A DNA stretch of 64,000 bases from Thermodesulfobacteriota bacterium (GTDB lineage Bacteria > Desulfobacterota > Desulfarculia > JACQYL01), in the NCBI GenBank assembly GCA_963675595.2, contig CAXXLZ010000002.1:4576001-4640000 (forward strand), in the 5' to 3' direction. The stretch's first letter is position 1. Each line of letters opens with the position of its first letter. Below the pieces are notes generated by a model. It saw nothing but the letters and a program-made list of their open reading frames with translations. It was not told the DNA's origin and ran no database searches. Positions 1 to 9,752 of the stretch are shown here, piece by piece. Both the position numbers and the translations under genes were made by a program.

Positions 1-821
1 CGAAGGTCGTTCTTCGGTCTCCGGGCCGTGCCTGGAGAGCCTCGGGCCGATATGGACGGCTCATAGGGAGAGCTACGGAGTCCGGCGTGTCGTTGGGACA
101 AGGGATTCGAGCCTGTACGGACCCCGTCGATCATGTAAAGATCGTCAACTCCGGTTTGAACAGTCTGGTGGAATTCGGCAAAGCCACGCCCCCCCAGTTC
201 GGCCTCGAGGAGCTCCGAGAGGCCGTGAACGCGGCCCGAGAAAAAGGACTCAAAACCATGGTGCACGCCAATGGTCCGTTACCGGTGAAATTGGCCTTGG
301 ATGCCGGCTGCGATTCCATTGAGCACGGCTTTTTCATGGGACGGGACAATCTCGAAAGAATGGCGGAAAACGACGCTTTCTGGGTGCCCACCGCGGTCAC
401 CATGAAATGCTACTCGGAAGAGCTTCCGGAGGATTCCGAAGAACGTGAAACGGCGCGTCGAATCCTGGATCACCAGCTGGAACAGATTGCTTGGGCTCGG
501 GAGATCGGAGTGAGGGTCGCGGCGGGCTCGGACAGCGGAAGTCTGGGCGTGCACCACGGCCGGTCTCTTTTCCAGGAGCTGGAATTGTTGATCAAGGCCG
601 GTTGGTCAATTGAAGAAGCTGTGGCGTGCGCCGCGTCCAATGCGGCGCGGCTCCTGGGACTCGAAGGCCGGTTGGGGCGCATCGCACCGGGGATGCCGGC
701 TTGTTTCGCGGCGTATCTCGGACCTCCGACGACGGCGGTGAGCGTGCCCGCATGGATTTGTCGGCAAGGGGTGTTTGAACCGGTCGAGGCCCCAGACGAG
801 GGAGGCCGTCGGGTGTCATGA
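1..821 (+). CDS. Metal-dependent amidohydrolase family protein (5' truncated by window edge)
   Basis: Frame is open from position 3; motifs MVHAN, SIEHG, AGSDSG and GRIAPG fit the amidohydrolase C-terminal half. Confidence 0.85.
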   Translation, partial: KVVLRSPGRAWRASGRYGRLIGRATESGVSLGQGIRACTDPVDHVKIVNSGLNSLVEFGKATPPQFGLEELREAVNAAREKGLKTMVHANGPLPVKLALDAGCDSIEHGFFMGRDNLERMAENDAFWVPTAVTMKCYSEELPEDSEERETARRILDHQLEQIAWAREIGVRVAAGSDSGSLGVHHGRSLFQELELLIKAGWSIEEAVACAASNAARLLGLEGRLGRIAPGMPACFAAYLGPPTTAVSVPAWICRQGVFEPVEAPDEGGRRVS

Positions 822-963
822 GCTCCCCCGGAGTGTTTGATGGACGTTACGGCTGGTGCGGGAAGCTTTGTCGGAGGGTTTTCCTTTCGGAATGAGGCTT
901 TGGTCGGGGTCCGTTCCGCCTGGATTCGCCTTTTGGCGCTCGCGGTGGACGTTCTTGCCCGCC

Positions 964-981
964 TATATCTCATGTGACATA
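964..981. promoter_or_regulatory. Candidate operator for the ModE-like regulator
   Basis: Imperfect palindrome TATATC-TCATGT-GACATA (1 mismatch) about 100 bp upstream of the moeA operon. Confidence 0.4.
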
Positions 982-1078
982 ATGCACTCCATGTTTTGAA
1001 ATTCAAGAACCTTCGGGGCGTACGGGTTTCGACCCGGCCGGCTCGTTTGTCGTTTGCTCAGGACAGGTTGATTCGGCG

Positions 1079-2332
1079 ATGAAGAGCTTTTTCAATGTTA
1101 CGACCACGGAGGACGCCCTGGAGCTGATCCGTGGATTCAAACCCCTTGGGGAAGAGACGGTCCCACTCGACTCGGCGTTGGGACGTGTTTTGAGCCGCAC
1201 CGTGGCTTCCCCCGAAGACCTGCCCCACTTCTCCCGCTCCACGATGGACGGCTACGCCGTGCGGGCACGGGACACCTTCGGGGCGTCGGAGCAGCTTCCT
1301 TCTCTCCTGAACGTGGTTGGAGAGATCCGAATGTCTCAGGCCCCCACTTTTTCGTTGAGGAAGGGCGAGGCCGCCGGAATCTCCACGGGAGGCATGCTTC
1401 CGGACGGGGCGGACGCGGTTCTCATGGTGGAGTACTCCCGTCGGGTCGACGATGGAATCATCGAGGCCTCTCGATCCGTGTCTCCCGGTGAGAACGTGAT
1501 TCAGAGGGGGGAAGACCTTGCGAAAGAGGGTCCGGCGCTCGACGCCGGGACCGTTCTCAGGCCGCAGGATTTGGGCCTCCTGGCCGGTGTGGGCATCGCG
1601 GAAGTGCGGGTCCATCGAAGACCGGTGGTGGCTCTTTTGTCCACGGGTGATGAGATCGTCTCTCCTGAAGACACTCCCGCAGCCGCCCAGGTGCGGGACG
1701 TCAACCGTACGACCTTGGCTTCTCTTGTCCGACAGGCGGGAGGCGAAACCGTCTTTTTAGGGTTGGTGAAAGACGACCTCGATGCCCTGAAGGAGAAGAC
1801 ACGAGAAGGACTTTCCAAGGCCGACGTGGTGCTTGTTTCCGGTGGAAGTTCCGTAGGGGTAAGGGATTTCAGCCTTTCGGCGTTTGAGTCTCTTCCGGGT
1901 GCCGAAATTCTGTTTCACGGCCTTACCATCAGTCCGGGCAAGCCCACGATTCTTGCCGGAGTGGGAAATCGGTCGGTCTGGGGACTGCCCGGTCATGTGA
2001 CGTCCGCCATGGTGGTATTCATGGTGTTTGTTCTTCCCATGTTGAGGGTGCTGAGCGGTATCCGCCGTTCTCGGCCCGACCCGTTCGCCGTGATTCCCGC
2101 CAGGCTGAGTCGGAATTTGGGCTCGGCGCAGGGGCGTGACGACTTCGTGCGTGTGAGGCTTGAGCGCCATGAGGACGGCTGGGTGGCTCTCCCTGTTCTG
2201 GGCAAGTCCGGACTCATTTCCACTCTGGTGGAGGCGGACGGTCTGATTCGTATCGACCGCCATTCGGAAGGGCTCTACGCAGGCGAACAAGTCTCCGTGT
2301 ATCGTTTCAATTCGGTCTTCGAGGGGATCTGA
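1079..2332 (+). CDS. moeA: Molybdopterin molybdenumtransferase MoeA
   Basis: Motifs STMDGYAV, STGGMLPDGADAV, STGDE, SGGSSVG, PGKP, GLPG. Confidence 0.95.
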   Translation: MKSFFNVTTTEDALELIRGFKPLGEETVPLDSALGRVLSRTVASPEDLPHFSRSTMDGYAVRARDTFGASEQLPSLLNVVGEIRMSQAPTFSLRKGEAAGISTGGMLPDGADAVLMVEYSRRVDDGIIEASRSVSPGENVIQRGEDLAKEGPALDAGTVLRPQDLGLLAGVGIAEVRVHRRPVVALLSTGDEIVSPEDTPAAAQVRDVNRTTLASLVRQAGGETVFLGLVKDDLDALKEKTREGLSKADVVLVSGGSSVGVRDFSLSAFESLPGAEILFHGLTISPGKPTILAGVGNRSVWGLPGHVTSAMVVFMVFVLPMLRVLSGIRRSRPDPFAVIPARLSRNLGSAQGRDDFVRVRLERHEDGWVALPVLGKSGLISTLVEADGLIRIDRHSEGLYAGEQVSVYRFNSVFEGI

Positions 2333-4266
2333 TGAAACGCAAGATTTATTTGAAGATGAAGTCCTTGAGAGAGGCGGAGGGGCTGTGGCTTGGGCGCTTC
2401 TCGGGCAAAGACTTGGTCGGGGATCGGGAGATTTCCGTATCCGAAGCGTTGGGGCGAGTGACCTCCGAGCCGGTTTATGCCGGGCTGTCGTCTCCATCCT
2501 TTCACGCCGCCGCGATGGACGGGGTGGCGGTGAAGGCGGAGGAAACCTACGGAGCGAACGAGCGAGCCCCCAAACGATTACGCATCGGTGAAAATGCCCA
2601 TTGGATTAACACGGGCCGGCCTTTGCCTCCGGGCACCGACGCGGTAATCATGGTGGAAAAACTCCACGAAACGGAGCCGGGAACGGTTGAAATCCATGCG
2701 CCGGCCTACCCATGGCGGGACGTGCGCAAGGTGGGGGAGGACGTGGTGGCCACCGAGCTTCTCTTCCCAAGAAATCATCGGATTCGTCCCTTCGACCTGG
2801 GCGCTCTTTTAGGCACGGGCGTGCTCGACCTCCGGGTGAAACGTCGTCCTCGGGTGGCGGTGATCCCCACAGGGAATGAGCTCATATCCGGAGAAAGCGC
2901 GGGCCTTGCCGGAGCGGCTTTGGAAGGCAGGGTGGTCGAGTCCAATTCAACGATTCTGGCCGGCATGGTTACTCAACACGGCGGGTTGCCGGTTGTCTTT
3001 CCCATAGTGGAAGATCGATTCGAGGCGTTGTTGGACGCGGTGCGGCGGGCCGTCGAATCGGATTGCCATATGGTGATCGTCAACGCGGGTTCTTCCTCGG
3101 GTAGTGAGGATTATACGGCCCATGTCCTGGAGAAACTTGGAGAAATCTTGGTTCACGGCGTAGCCATGATGCCCGGGAAACCCACGGTACTGGCCGAAGT
3201 GGCGGGCAAGCCGGTGATCGGGAATCCCGGCTATCCGGTTTCGGCCGTAATGTCCTTTGATTGTTTCGCGGCTCCCCTGCTGAGAATCATGCAAGGACTC
3301 CCCGAAGGGCGGAAACCTTCGGCCAAGGTTCGGCTTTCGCGGCCGGTCCCATCCAAACTGGGTATCGAGGAGTTTCTTAGGGTGCATCTGGGAAGAGTGG
3401 GGAACCGTCTGGTGGCGACGCCTTTGCCCAGAGGGGCTGGGTCCATCACAACGTTGACCCGGGCGGAGGGCATCATTCGCGTTCCCGAGCTGTCCGAAGG
3501 ACTGTCCCCGGGTGACGAAGTCGAAGCGGAACTTCTTGTGGATGAGCGGGCGTTGGAGCGGACTCTGGTCATGATCGGCAGCCACGACATGAGTATCGAT
3601 GTGTTGTCCGACTTGATGAAATGCGATCCGGGTGGATACAGGCTGAGTTCCGCCAATGCGGGGAGCATGGGGGGGCTGTTGGCTTTGAGGGACGGCACGG
3701 CGCATGCCGCCGGCAGCCACCTGCTGGATGAGGCTACGGGAGAATACAACCGGAGCTACGTCGCCCGTGTACTTGGGGACCGCAAAGCGGCGCTCTTCCA
3801 TTTGGTTAAGAGAGAGCAAGGGTTGATCTTGCCCAAGGGGAATCCCAAAGGAATTCAGGGGTTGAAGGACTTGGTTCGGGAAGACGTAACCTTCATCAAC
3901 CGCCAAGCCGGTTCGGGCACACGGATTCTTCTGGATTTCAGGTTGGGGCAGGAATCGATTGATTCCGACGGCATCCGGGGTTACGACAGGGAAGAGTACA
4001 CCCACATGGCGGTGGCGGTGGACGTGAAGAGCGGGGTAAGCGATGTGGGGCTGGGAATTTACGCGGCGGCCCGGGCCCTGGACCTCGATTTCATCCCGGT
4101 GGTGGAAGAGCAGTACGATTTGGTCATTCCGTCGGCGTTCGTCGAGGACCCAAGGGTCCGTGTGATGTTGAAGGCCGCGGCTTCAAGTGAGTTTCGTGAA
4201 CGTGTGAAGGCCATGGGAGGCTACGATCCCGGGCAAAGCGGGGAACTTTGGATGGAGATGGGCTGA
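2332..4266 (+). CDS. moeA: MoeA fused to a C-terminal periplasmic-binding-protein (PBP/LysR-substrate-like) domain
   Basis: MoeA motifs AAMDG, TGNE, PGKP, GNPGYP, then GSHD...NRQAGSGTR...THMAVA; start overlaps the upstream stop. Confidence 0.93.
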   Translation: MKRKIYLKMKSLREAEGLWLGRFSGKDLVGDREISVSEALGRVTSEPVYAGLSSPSFHAAAMDGVAVKAEETYGANERAPKRLRIGENAHWINTGRPLPPGTDAVIMVEKLHETEPGTVEIHAPAYPWRDVRKVGEDVVATELLFPRNHRIRPFDLGALLGTGVLDLRVKRRPRVAVIPTGNELISGESAGLAGAALEGRVVESNSTILAGMVTQHGGLPVVFPIVEDRFEALLDAVRRAVESDCHMVIVNAGSSSGSEDYTAHVLEKLGEILVHGVAMMPGKPTVLAEVAGKPVIGNPGYPVSAVMSFDCFAAPLLRIMQGLPEGRKPSAKVRLSRPVPSKLGIEEFLRVHLGRVGNRLVATPLPRGAGSITTLTRAEGIIRVPELSEGLSPGDEVEAELLVDERALERTLVMIGSHDMSIDVLSDLMKCDPGGYRLSSANAGSMGGLLALRDGTAHAAGSHLLDEATGEYNRSYVARVLGDRKAALFHLVKREQGLILPKGNPKGIQGLKDLVREDVTFINRQAGSGTRILLDFRLGQESIDSDGIRGYDREEYTHMAVAVDVKSGVSDVGLGIYAAARALDLDFIPVVEEQYDLVIPSAFVEDPRVRVMLKAAASSEFRERVKAMGGYDPGQSGELWMEMG

Positions 4267-4287
4267 AGGCCGTTGAGGGAGGTTCTA

Positions 4288-4650
4288 ATGGCTGGTTTCA
4301 GGATCCGTTCCAAACATTGGCTGGAGGATGAGGACGGAAACGTCGTCATGGGTGAGGGGCGGATGCAGATTTTTAAGCGGATTCGGGAGACGGGTTCCAT
4401 GAACCGTACGGCGAAGGACCTGGGAATGTCATACCGAGGCGTGTGGGCGCGGGTCAAAGCAACGGAAAGTTATCTGAATATCAAAATCGTCGAAAGCGAC
4501 AGCCGGAAAGGCTCACAACTCACCGCCCAAGGTCTACGTCTGCTCCACCGATACGAGGAAATGAAGCGTGCGTGTGTTCGGGCCGACGACGAGATCTTCG
4601 CACGTTGCTTCCCCGCCGGGGGAACCAAAGACCTTGATTCCGCCGAGTGA
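4288..4650 (+). CDS. ModE-family winged-helix transcriptional regulator (N-terminal domain only)
   Basis: MGEGRMQIFKRIRETGSMNRTAKDLGMSYRGVW...GSQLT; SD GGAGG before ATG 4288. Confidence 0.88.
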   Translation: MAGFRIRSKHWLEDEDGNVVMGEGRMQIFKRIRETGSMNRTAKDLGMSYRGVWARVKATESYLNIKIVESDSRKGSQLTAQGLRLLHRYEEMKRACVRADDEIFARCFPAGGTKDLDSAE

Positions 4651-4838
4651 GACCCGGTTACCCCGTTGGACGTCCTTTCATACGGTAAGGGTCTTGCCTA
4701 CACCCCATGTCGTGTGGTTCTCCTTCGAGAATCATCGTCCCCGGATGATTCATGAAGCGCACACGACAATAGACGAGGCTCCGGCCGTTTCCACGAGTGC
4801 CGCATAATTGATGTGATCTTATCCGGGAGAAACTCCCG

Positions 4839-5672
4839 ATGGAGGCCACCCGATCCGTGGATTCCACATCCCCTGTTTCTGAAAAAGTCCGGGCGCTTTC
4901 CTTTAAGCACGGAGAGTACACCAAGGACCGAGTCCCAGTGGTGCTTGAGAAGCCCCTGACCATCAAGCTCAACGGTAATCGGATCGTGACTCTTCTTTGT
5001 ATCGACGACGCCCCCCGCTTCCTCGCGGTGGGCTTTTTGGTGAACGAAGGGCTGATTCGGGACCCGGCCAAAATCAAAGAAGTGGTCGTGGCGTCCGACG
5101 GGGGCTCGGTGGACGTCATCTCCTCGGAGTCTCGACCCGCTCCGTCGGAGCGCGTACAGGCCGAACCGATCATCACCACGGGATGCGGCAAAGGGACCAC
5201 TTTTCATCATGCGGTGGACGAAGTCTTCTCATCGCCCGCGGGGGATGGTCCGGCCATTGACTCGGACAAGATATTCGATTTGATGAGGGAACTCACCGAC
5301 CACTCCACTATTTACAAGGAAACTCGCGGCACCCATAACTGTGCGCTGTGCGACAAGTCGAAACTCCTCGTGTTTCATTTCGACGTGGGGCGGCACAACG
5401 CGGTGGACAAAATCTGCGGGCAATGCGCCCTTGAGGGTATCTCGCTTCACGACAAAATCCTGCTCACCACGGGCCGGATCACCTCGGAAATAGTGTTGAA
5501 AATCGGTCGCATGCGCATACCCGTGCTGATTTCCCGGCACGCGGCCACCAACCTTGCTTCCGAGTTGGGTCGGAAATACCGAAAGACTCTGGTGGGCTTG
5601 GTTCGAGGACGAAAATTCGTGGTCTACTCGGGGTTTCATCGAATCTCGGATTTCACCGGTGAACCCCGCTGA
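4839..5672 (+). CDS. fdhD: Formate dehydrogenase accessory sulfurtransferase FdhD
   Basis: EKPLTI, AVGFL.NEG, TTGCG, DVGRHNAVDK, TTGRITSE. Confidence 0.93.
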   Translation: MEATRSVDSTSPVSEKVRALSFKHGEYTKDRVPVVLEKPLTIKLNGNRIVTLLCIDDAPRFLAVGFLVNEGLIRDPAKIKEVVVASDGGSVDVISSESRPAPSERVQAEPIITTGCGKGTTFHHAVDEVFSSPAGDGPAIDSDKIFDLMRELTDHSTIYKETRGTHNCALCDKSKLLVFHFDVGRHNAVDKICGQCALEGISLHDKILLTTGRITSEIVLKIGRMRIPVLISRHAATNLASELGRKYRKTLVGLVRGRKFVVYSGFHRISDFTGEPR

Positions 5673-5897
5673 AGTTGTTGATCCGTCCATCCGATAGGCA
5701 GTCGCTTCAAACAAGGTGGGCCGATCGAAGGATGCAACACATTGTTGGACCCGGTGCGACACCCTACGGCCGCAAAGACTGTCGGAACCTTCCCGCAAGA
5801 CCCTCTTCGGCATTTCTGAAGGTTTCGCCTTCCGCGTCTCGAGACGATTTTTCTTTTCGGTCAACTCATGTGCTCCCGGCCACCCATCCCCCAAAGG

Positions 5898-5926
5898 TTG
5901 ACCGCCCTTCTCACCGACAGTATTAT
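5898..5926 (+). promoter_or_regulatory. Putative sigma-70 promoter
   Basis: TTGACC-N17-TATTAT upstream of the ORF at 5989. Confidence 0.5.
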
Positions 5927-5988
5927 GATTCCTGCTTAATCGGCGGTCGGCTTGCCCGAATTCGCGGTGAACGTCGAAGGAACGAATC

Positions 5989-7065
5989 ATGACGGATATG
6001 GAAATTGCGGAAATCTCCCGGCAGGTGCAGAAGAATTGTGATATCTCCGACGCACAGTATGCCGGAGCCCTTTCCATGTGTTCGTTCCTTCTCCTCATAC
6101 GCAACTTCCTGAAGTGGGAAAACGGGAGCGAACCCTGGGAGGAGGGCGAGTCCTCCGTGGTCACCGAATGGATCGGTGAGAAGGAAGACTTGTGGTCCGA
6201 GATGACGGAAACGCCTTATGGCGCCATCACCATAAAAGGCAGTGAATGGGACGCGTTCGCCCTGGAAGAAATCAACTCCGTCCTGGCCGAAGACGGATTG
6301 CTCTATGGAGCCGGATACGCGGGCGGAATGAAGCCCACATTTTTCCTGGGTCGCCTGGAGAAGCGGGAGCGCGTGAACGGGATTTCCGTATACACTCTGG
6401 GACATGAACTGGCCAGGGACATGCTGGGCGCTCCGGCGCTCAGACAGCACCACCGGATTTACCTTCGCAGAGAATGTGCGAGGTTCTTTGTCTGGGATAG
6501 GCTTTTCGAAAAGGTCACGGCTAAAAAGCCCGCGGCCCTGTTTGCTTTGAACGAATTCGGAGTTCATGATCTGGAAGGAATGCGACGCCATCTTGACGTC
6601 GTGGTGGAACAGCAGGTCCGCTTGATGTTACACCATGAAATCGGGGAATGCGGACAGGAGGACCATGACGAGGTGTTCAAAGAACTCCTGGCGGCATATC
6701 CCTTGACTCCCATCGAACGGTTCGTCCGAGCTCTCCGAGACGTCCTGGCCGACACTCATCCCCAAGGCACTCTGGGGTATCTTGTGGAAAGTCGAAACAG
6801 TGGGGCCTTGGGGCTGTACGTATCGTTCATCGACGGTTTCGCCCGATCCCTTTTTCCTGAAATCGCCAGGGCATTCCTGGATTTTCTTTCGAATCGGGAC
6901 TGGTCGGTTGTGGCGGAAACTCGGGTCAAGGCCCGGGCCAAACTCGAAAATATGGCTCGGGACCTCTCGGATTTCGCCTCGAAACGGTCTGAGCTCGGGG
7001 ATGAAAGTGTTGGAAAAGCGATCCGGGAAACGATGATCGATCCCCTCCTGGCAGGCAAGCACTAG
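5989..7065 (+). CDS. Sfum_1244-like conserved hypothetical protein
   Basis: QVQKNCDISDA, LLYGAGY...KPTFF, HHEIGE, VRALRDVLAD pattern. Confidence 0.7.
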   Translation: MTDMEIAEISRQVQKNCDISDAQYAGALSMCSFLLLIRNFLKWENGSEPWEEGESSVVTEWIGEKEDLWSEMTETPYGAITIKGSEWDAFALEEINSVLAEDGLLYGAGYAGGMKPTFFLGRLEKRERVNGISVYTLGHELARDMLGAPALRQHHRIYLRRECARFFVWDRLFEKVTAKKPAALFALNEFGVHDLEGMRRHLDVVVEQQVRLMLHHEIGECGQEDHDEVFKELLAAYPLTPIERFVRALRDVLADTHPQGTLGYLVESRNSGALGLYVSFIDGFARSLFPEIARAFLDFLSNRDWSVVAETRVKARAKLENMARDLSDFASKRSELGDESVGKAIRETMIDPLLAGKH

Positions 7066-7256
7066 CAGAAATTTTGGAAACGCATTCGTGAAGTCCCGCA
7101 GGCGATCGGGTCACTCCGCATGGGGCGGCGTCGGCTTGAGCGTTCCGTCAAAGGGAATTTTTCTTGTATTGAAGCAATTCGGCGTTGCACTCACGGATCG
7201 GTCCCCATCTTCGATCGATTTGTGTCCGCAACGCCCCACCATACAGGGCATATCCA

Positions 7257-9734
7257 ATGCTGGACCCCTATTATCTTGATCGAGTCCGCCTCCCCGGCCA
7301 ATACCTGGGCAGGGAGGTCAACAGCGTGAAAAAGGATTGGGAAAACGTTTCATTGCGGATCGTTTTGGGTTTTCCCGATGCCTTCGAAGTCGGTATGTGT
7401 CATCTGGGCTTGGCGATTCTTTACGACGTTCTGAACCGGCGTGGGGACATCTTGGCTGAACGTGTTTTCGCCCCGGGTCTTGATCTCGAGAACATGCTGC
7501 GCGACCGAGGGGCGCCGCTGACCAGCCTCGAATCCAATGAGCCCGTGTCCCGGTTCGACATTGTGGGCTTCAGCCTCCAGACCGAACTCGGGTATACCAA
7601 TGTTCTCAATATGTTGGACCTGGGTGGAATCCCCTTGAAGGCTTCGGAAAGGGACGAGACGCATCCCCTGATCCTGGGCGGCGGTCCCTGTGCGGCCAAT
7701 CCCGAACCCATGGCCGCCTTTTTTGACGCCATTTTGGTGGGAGACGGGGAGGAAGCCGTTCTCCGCATCGCGGACCAGGTCATCCAATGGAAGGAAGCAC
7801 GAGGTGGGCGGGAGGACCTGCTGAAGAGGCTGGCCGCAATTCGGGGAGTCTATGTACCCCGTTTCTTCGAGCCGGATTACGATGAGTCGGGCGAATTTCT
7901 GGGAGTGAGACCGCTCCTGGCGGGTTACGCAAGCGTTGAGAAGTCTTTGATCGAGGACCTCGAGACGGTTGCCTACCCCGGGGCTCCGATTCTTCCCTCC
8001 GTAAAGGTGGTTCATGACCGGCTCACCGTCGAGATTGCCAGAGGATGCGGCCGAGGATGTCGGTTCTGTCAGGCCGGGATGCTGTACCGCCCGATTCGGG
8101 AGCGTTCTCCCGAGCGGGTGATGGAACTGGTGGAAAACGGACTCGCAGCCACAGGGTATGAAGACGTTTCCCTGCTTTCCCTGAGCACCGGGGACTACTC
8201 TTGTCTCGACGGTTTGCTGACCGGACTCATGGACCGCCTTCATCCTCGCAGGGTTTCTTTATCCCTTCCTTCCCTTCGGGTTGGCTCCATTTCGGGCAAA
8301 TTGATGGAGCAAATCCGTCGGGTTCGCAAGACCGGTTTTACTTTCGCGCCGGAAGCCGCAACTCAGCGCCTCCGAGACGTCATCAACAAGAACATCCGGG
8401 AGGAAGATCTGGTTCAAGCCGCGTCTCAAGCCTTCTCCCTGGGCTGGAAAGTGATCAAGCTCTACTTCATGATCGGTCTGCCTACCGAGACATGGGACGA
8501 CGTGAAGGAGATTCCCGAATTGGCTCGGCGGATTCTTCGGTCGGGAGGGAAAAAGGGCGGTCGTACCGTGAACGTAGGCTATGGTTTGTTCGTGCCCAAG
8601 CCTCAGACACCGTTTCAATGGTGCGCACAGGAAGACTTGGAGGGCGCCTTGGAGAAGATGGATTTTCTCCGGCGGACATTGAGCCGCGCGGGTCTTCAGC
8701 CCAAATGGAACAGCGCGCGTATGGCTCTGGTGGAAGGTTGCCTGGCCAGGGGAGGACGAGAGGCGGCGGAGTGGGTGATGCGGGCCTATCGACTGGGGTG
8801 CCGCTTTGACGGTTGGACCGAGCAATTCCGGTTCGAATTGTGGGAGCGGGCGCTCGAGGATTCCGGCGTTCCGGGTTGGGAGGTCATCCAGAGGGCTCGC
8901 GATCCTGAGAAGCCGTTACCTTGGGATCATATCCATCTAGGCGTGGATCGGACCTTCTTTGAATCGGAGTACCGCAAAGCCGTATCGTGCCTCACCACCC
9001 AGGATTGCCGGGTTCAATGCGGCCGGTGTGGAGTCTGCGACCACAAGCAGGTGGGTCACCGATTGGCGGAGTGTGCGGCGCCGGCGGAGACCGTCCCCAC
9101 GGAATCGGCGCCGGCAGGCGAACCCGTTCGGTACCGGTTCACTTTCGAAAAGCGGGGATCTGCACGATACTTGGGGCACCTGGACACTGCGGCGGCCTTC
9201 AAACGTGCGGCCAGGAGGGCGGGGCTGCCTCTCAAATACTCCGAAGGATTTCATCCGCAGCCCGGATTGTCTTTTCAGGACGCCCTGCCGTTGGGCATGG
9301 AGAGTCTGGAAGAAAGCGGTGAATTGGTTCTGACGAGAGCCGTGGCTCCCGATTTGATTCTCGAAAGGATAAACCTCCGGCTGCCGGAGGGATTTCGACT
9401 GCTCGAGGTAACGGAACGCTCGAAAAAACCCTCTCCTCCCAAAGGCGTGGAACTCTCGGTGTCCGGCCCCTCGGGATGGTTTGATCCCGGCAAAGTGCGG
9501 GATTTTCACTCCTCCGAGGCGTTTCCCATCACGATTGAACGAAAAAAAGGAACGGTTTGCGTGGATATCAAACCCATAGTTTCGTTTCATGAAGACGTAG
9601 GTGACTCTTTGGGTATGACTTTGGTATATTCGGGAGAGGTTCGTCTAAAACCCTGGGAAGTTATCAAAGAAGTCCTCGAACCGGCCGAATCCGTAAGACG
9701 GAACCTGCGCATGGTCAAAATTCGAAACCTCTGA
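7257..9734 (+). CDS. TIGR03960-type B12-binding radical SAM protein fused to a TIGR03936/DUF2344 domain
   Basis: RGCGRGCRFC (CX3CX2C), TFAPEA, FVPKPQTPFQW; C-terminal RYLGHLD...YSEGFHP; lies upstream of rng. Confidence 0.9.
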   Translation: MLDPYYLDRVRLPGQYLGREVNSVKKDWENVSLRIVLGFPDAFEVGMCHLGLAILYDVLNRRGDILAERVFAPGLDLENMLRDRGAPLTSLESNEPVSRFDIVGFSLQTELGYTNVLNMLDLGGIPLKASERDETHPLILGGGPCAANPEPMAAFFDAILVGDGEEAVLRIADQVIQWKEARGGREDLLKRLAAIRGVYVPRFFEPDYDESGEFLGVRPLLAGYASVEKSLIEDLETVAYPGAPILPSVKVVHDRLTVEIARGCGRGCRFCQAGMLYRPIRERSPERVMELVENGLAATGYEDVSLLSLSTGDYSCLDGLLTGLMDRLHPRRVSLSLPSLRVGSISGKLMEQIRRVRKTGFTFAPEAATQRLRDVINKNIREEDLVQAASQAFSLGWKVIKLYFMIGLPTETWDDVKEIPELARRILRSGGKKGGRTVNVGYGLFVPKPQTPFQWCAQEDLEGALEKMDFLRRTLSRAGLQPKWNSARMALVEGCLARGGREAAEWVMRAYRLGCRFDGWTEQFRFELWERALEDSGVPGWEVIQRARDPEKPLPWDHIHLGVDRTFFESEYRKAVSCLTTQDCRVQCGRCGVCDHKQVGHRLAECAAPAETVPTESAPAGEPVRYRFTFEKRGSARYLGHLDTAAAFKRAARRAGLPLKYSEGFHPQPGLSFQDALPLGMESLEESGELVLTRAVAPDLILERINLRLPEGFRLLEVTERSKKPSPPKGVELSVSGPSGWFDPGKVRDFHSSEAFPITIERKKGTVCVDIKPIVSFHEDVGDSLGMTLVYSGEVRLKPWEVIKEVLEPAESVRRNLRMVKIRNL

Positions 9735-9752
9735 GTCGGGAAAGGCCCTTTC

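Noticed and set aside
1014-1033. CGGGGCGTACGGGTTTCGAC closely resembles a tmRNA 5' end
   Set aside because: moeA starts 45 nt later and no T-arm or CCA 3' end is visible about 350 nt downstream; a GGGT-TTCG-ACCC hairpin explains it
822-1078. Possible Moco/Wco riboswitch upstream of moeA
   Set aside because: I could not find the motif's conserved elements by eye; an Infernal scan would be decisive
5675-5992. Short ORFs and a REP-like GTAGGGTG..CACC (minus strand, about 5753-5767) between fdhD and the next gene
   Set aside because: No SD or family motifs; single copy in the window; the region contains a promoter
7181-7235. Imperfect hairpin GGCGTTGC...GCAACGCC before the B12-binding radical SAM gene
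   Set aside because: No cobalamin-riboswitch B12 box; pairing of this strength is expected at this GC content
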